A stretch of 64,000 bases of DNA from Eledone cirrhosa. Taxonomy: Eukaryota. The translations under genes and the position numbers were made by a program. The notes below the pieces were generated by a model. The model saw only the letters and a program-made list of their open reading frames with translations, was not told the DNA's origin and made no database searches. The stretch is taken from contig OZ024741.1 of the NCBI GenBank assembly GCA_964016885.1, positions 192,014,001-192,078,000 on the forward strand, given 5' to 3'. Below are positions 63,371 through 64,000 of the stretch, piece after piece (the stretch's first letter is position 1; each line of letters begins with the position of its first letter).

Positions 63371-64000
63371 CCCCATTTTCACTTTTGCGTACACACGATT
63401 ATTGATTATTGATATTTTATTATTATTCATTCTTTTACTTGATTCAGTCATTAGAGCATGGCCATGCTGGGTCACTACCATGAAGACATTTAGTCAATTA
63501 TATCAACCCTATTATTATTTTTTAAAGTCTGGGGCTTATTTTATCAATCTCTTTTTGTCAAACAGCTATGTTATGGGACATACACACTGCCACACACACA
63601 CATATACGATGGGCTTTTGCAGTTTCTGCTTCCCAAATTTCATTGACATTCATCTATCCCTAGCTTCCTTAGCAACCACCATATTAAAGAGTTTGGAACT
63701 ATGTCAAAGGCTTTTCCCAGGCCAATGAATGTTAGGTATAGGGGCTTATCTTAACTAAGTACTTCTCCTGTGGCTGTCTCAACAGGAAAGCAGCATCAGT
63801 AAAAACCTCTCCCTGGCACAAAGCCAGGCTTATGTTTTCCCTAATCCCTTGTGCTACTATTCTTTCTATGATCTTCATAACCTGTAATTGCCTCTCTCTA
63901 ATGTATTAACCTTGTTCTTATATACATACTATATTATTTGATTTACTGAACTGGCATATTATTAGTTAAGTTGCATAGAGATGGTAAAGTTATGTGAAGT

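Overview
AT-rich, repeat-dense animal genomic DNA. The SINE, RTE and microsatellite content suggests a cephalopod or octopus-like mollusc (inference). One host gene is present: 14 minus-strand GT-AG exons (60064 down to 15905) splice in frame into about 608 aa of SCYL1 (N-terminal kinase-like protein), whose 5' exons lie beyond the window. The rest is mostly nested, decayed mobile elements: RTE LINEs with a PHD-like finger inside RT, several Penelope-like elements, a CR1/L2-like LINE, R4/Dong-like fragments, mariner and DD37D maT transposons, a non-autonomous Helitron, tRNA-SINEs and two LTR elements. Two observations stand out. First, a young, GC-rich, compact LTR retrotransposon has a DIRS-like RT/RNase H but a DDE integrase, and its primer-binding site matches the 5' end (nt 1-12) of tRNA-Phe instead of a 3' CCA end. 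Second, at least five minimal hammerhead ribozyme motifs occur, mostly inside or beside fold-back repeats. All calls were made by eye; no searches were run.
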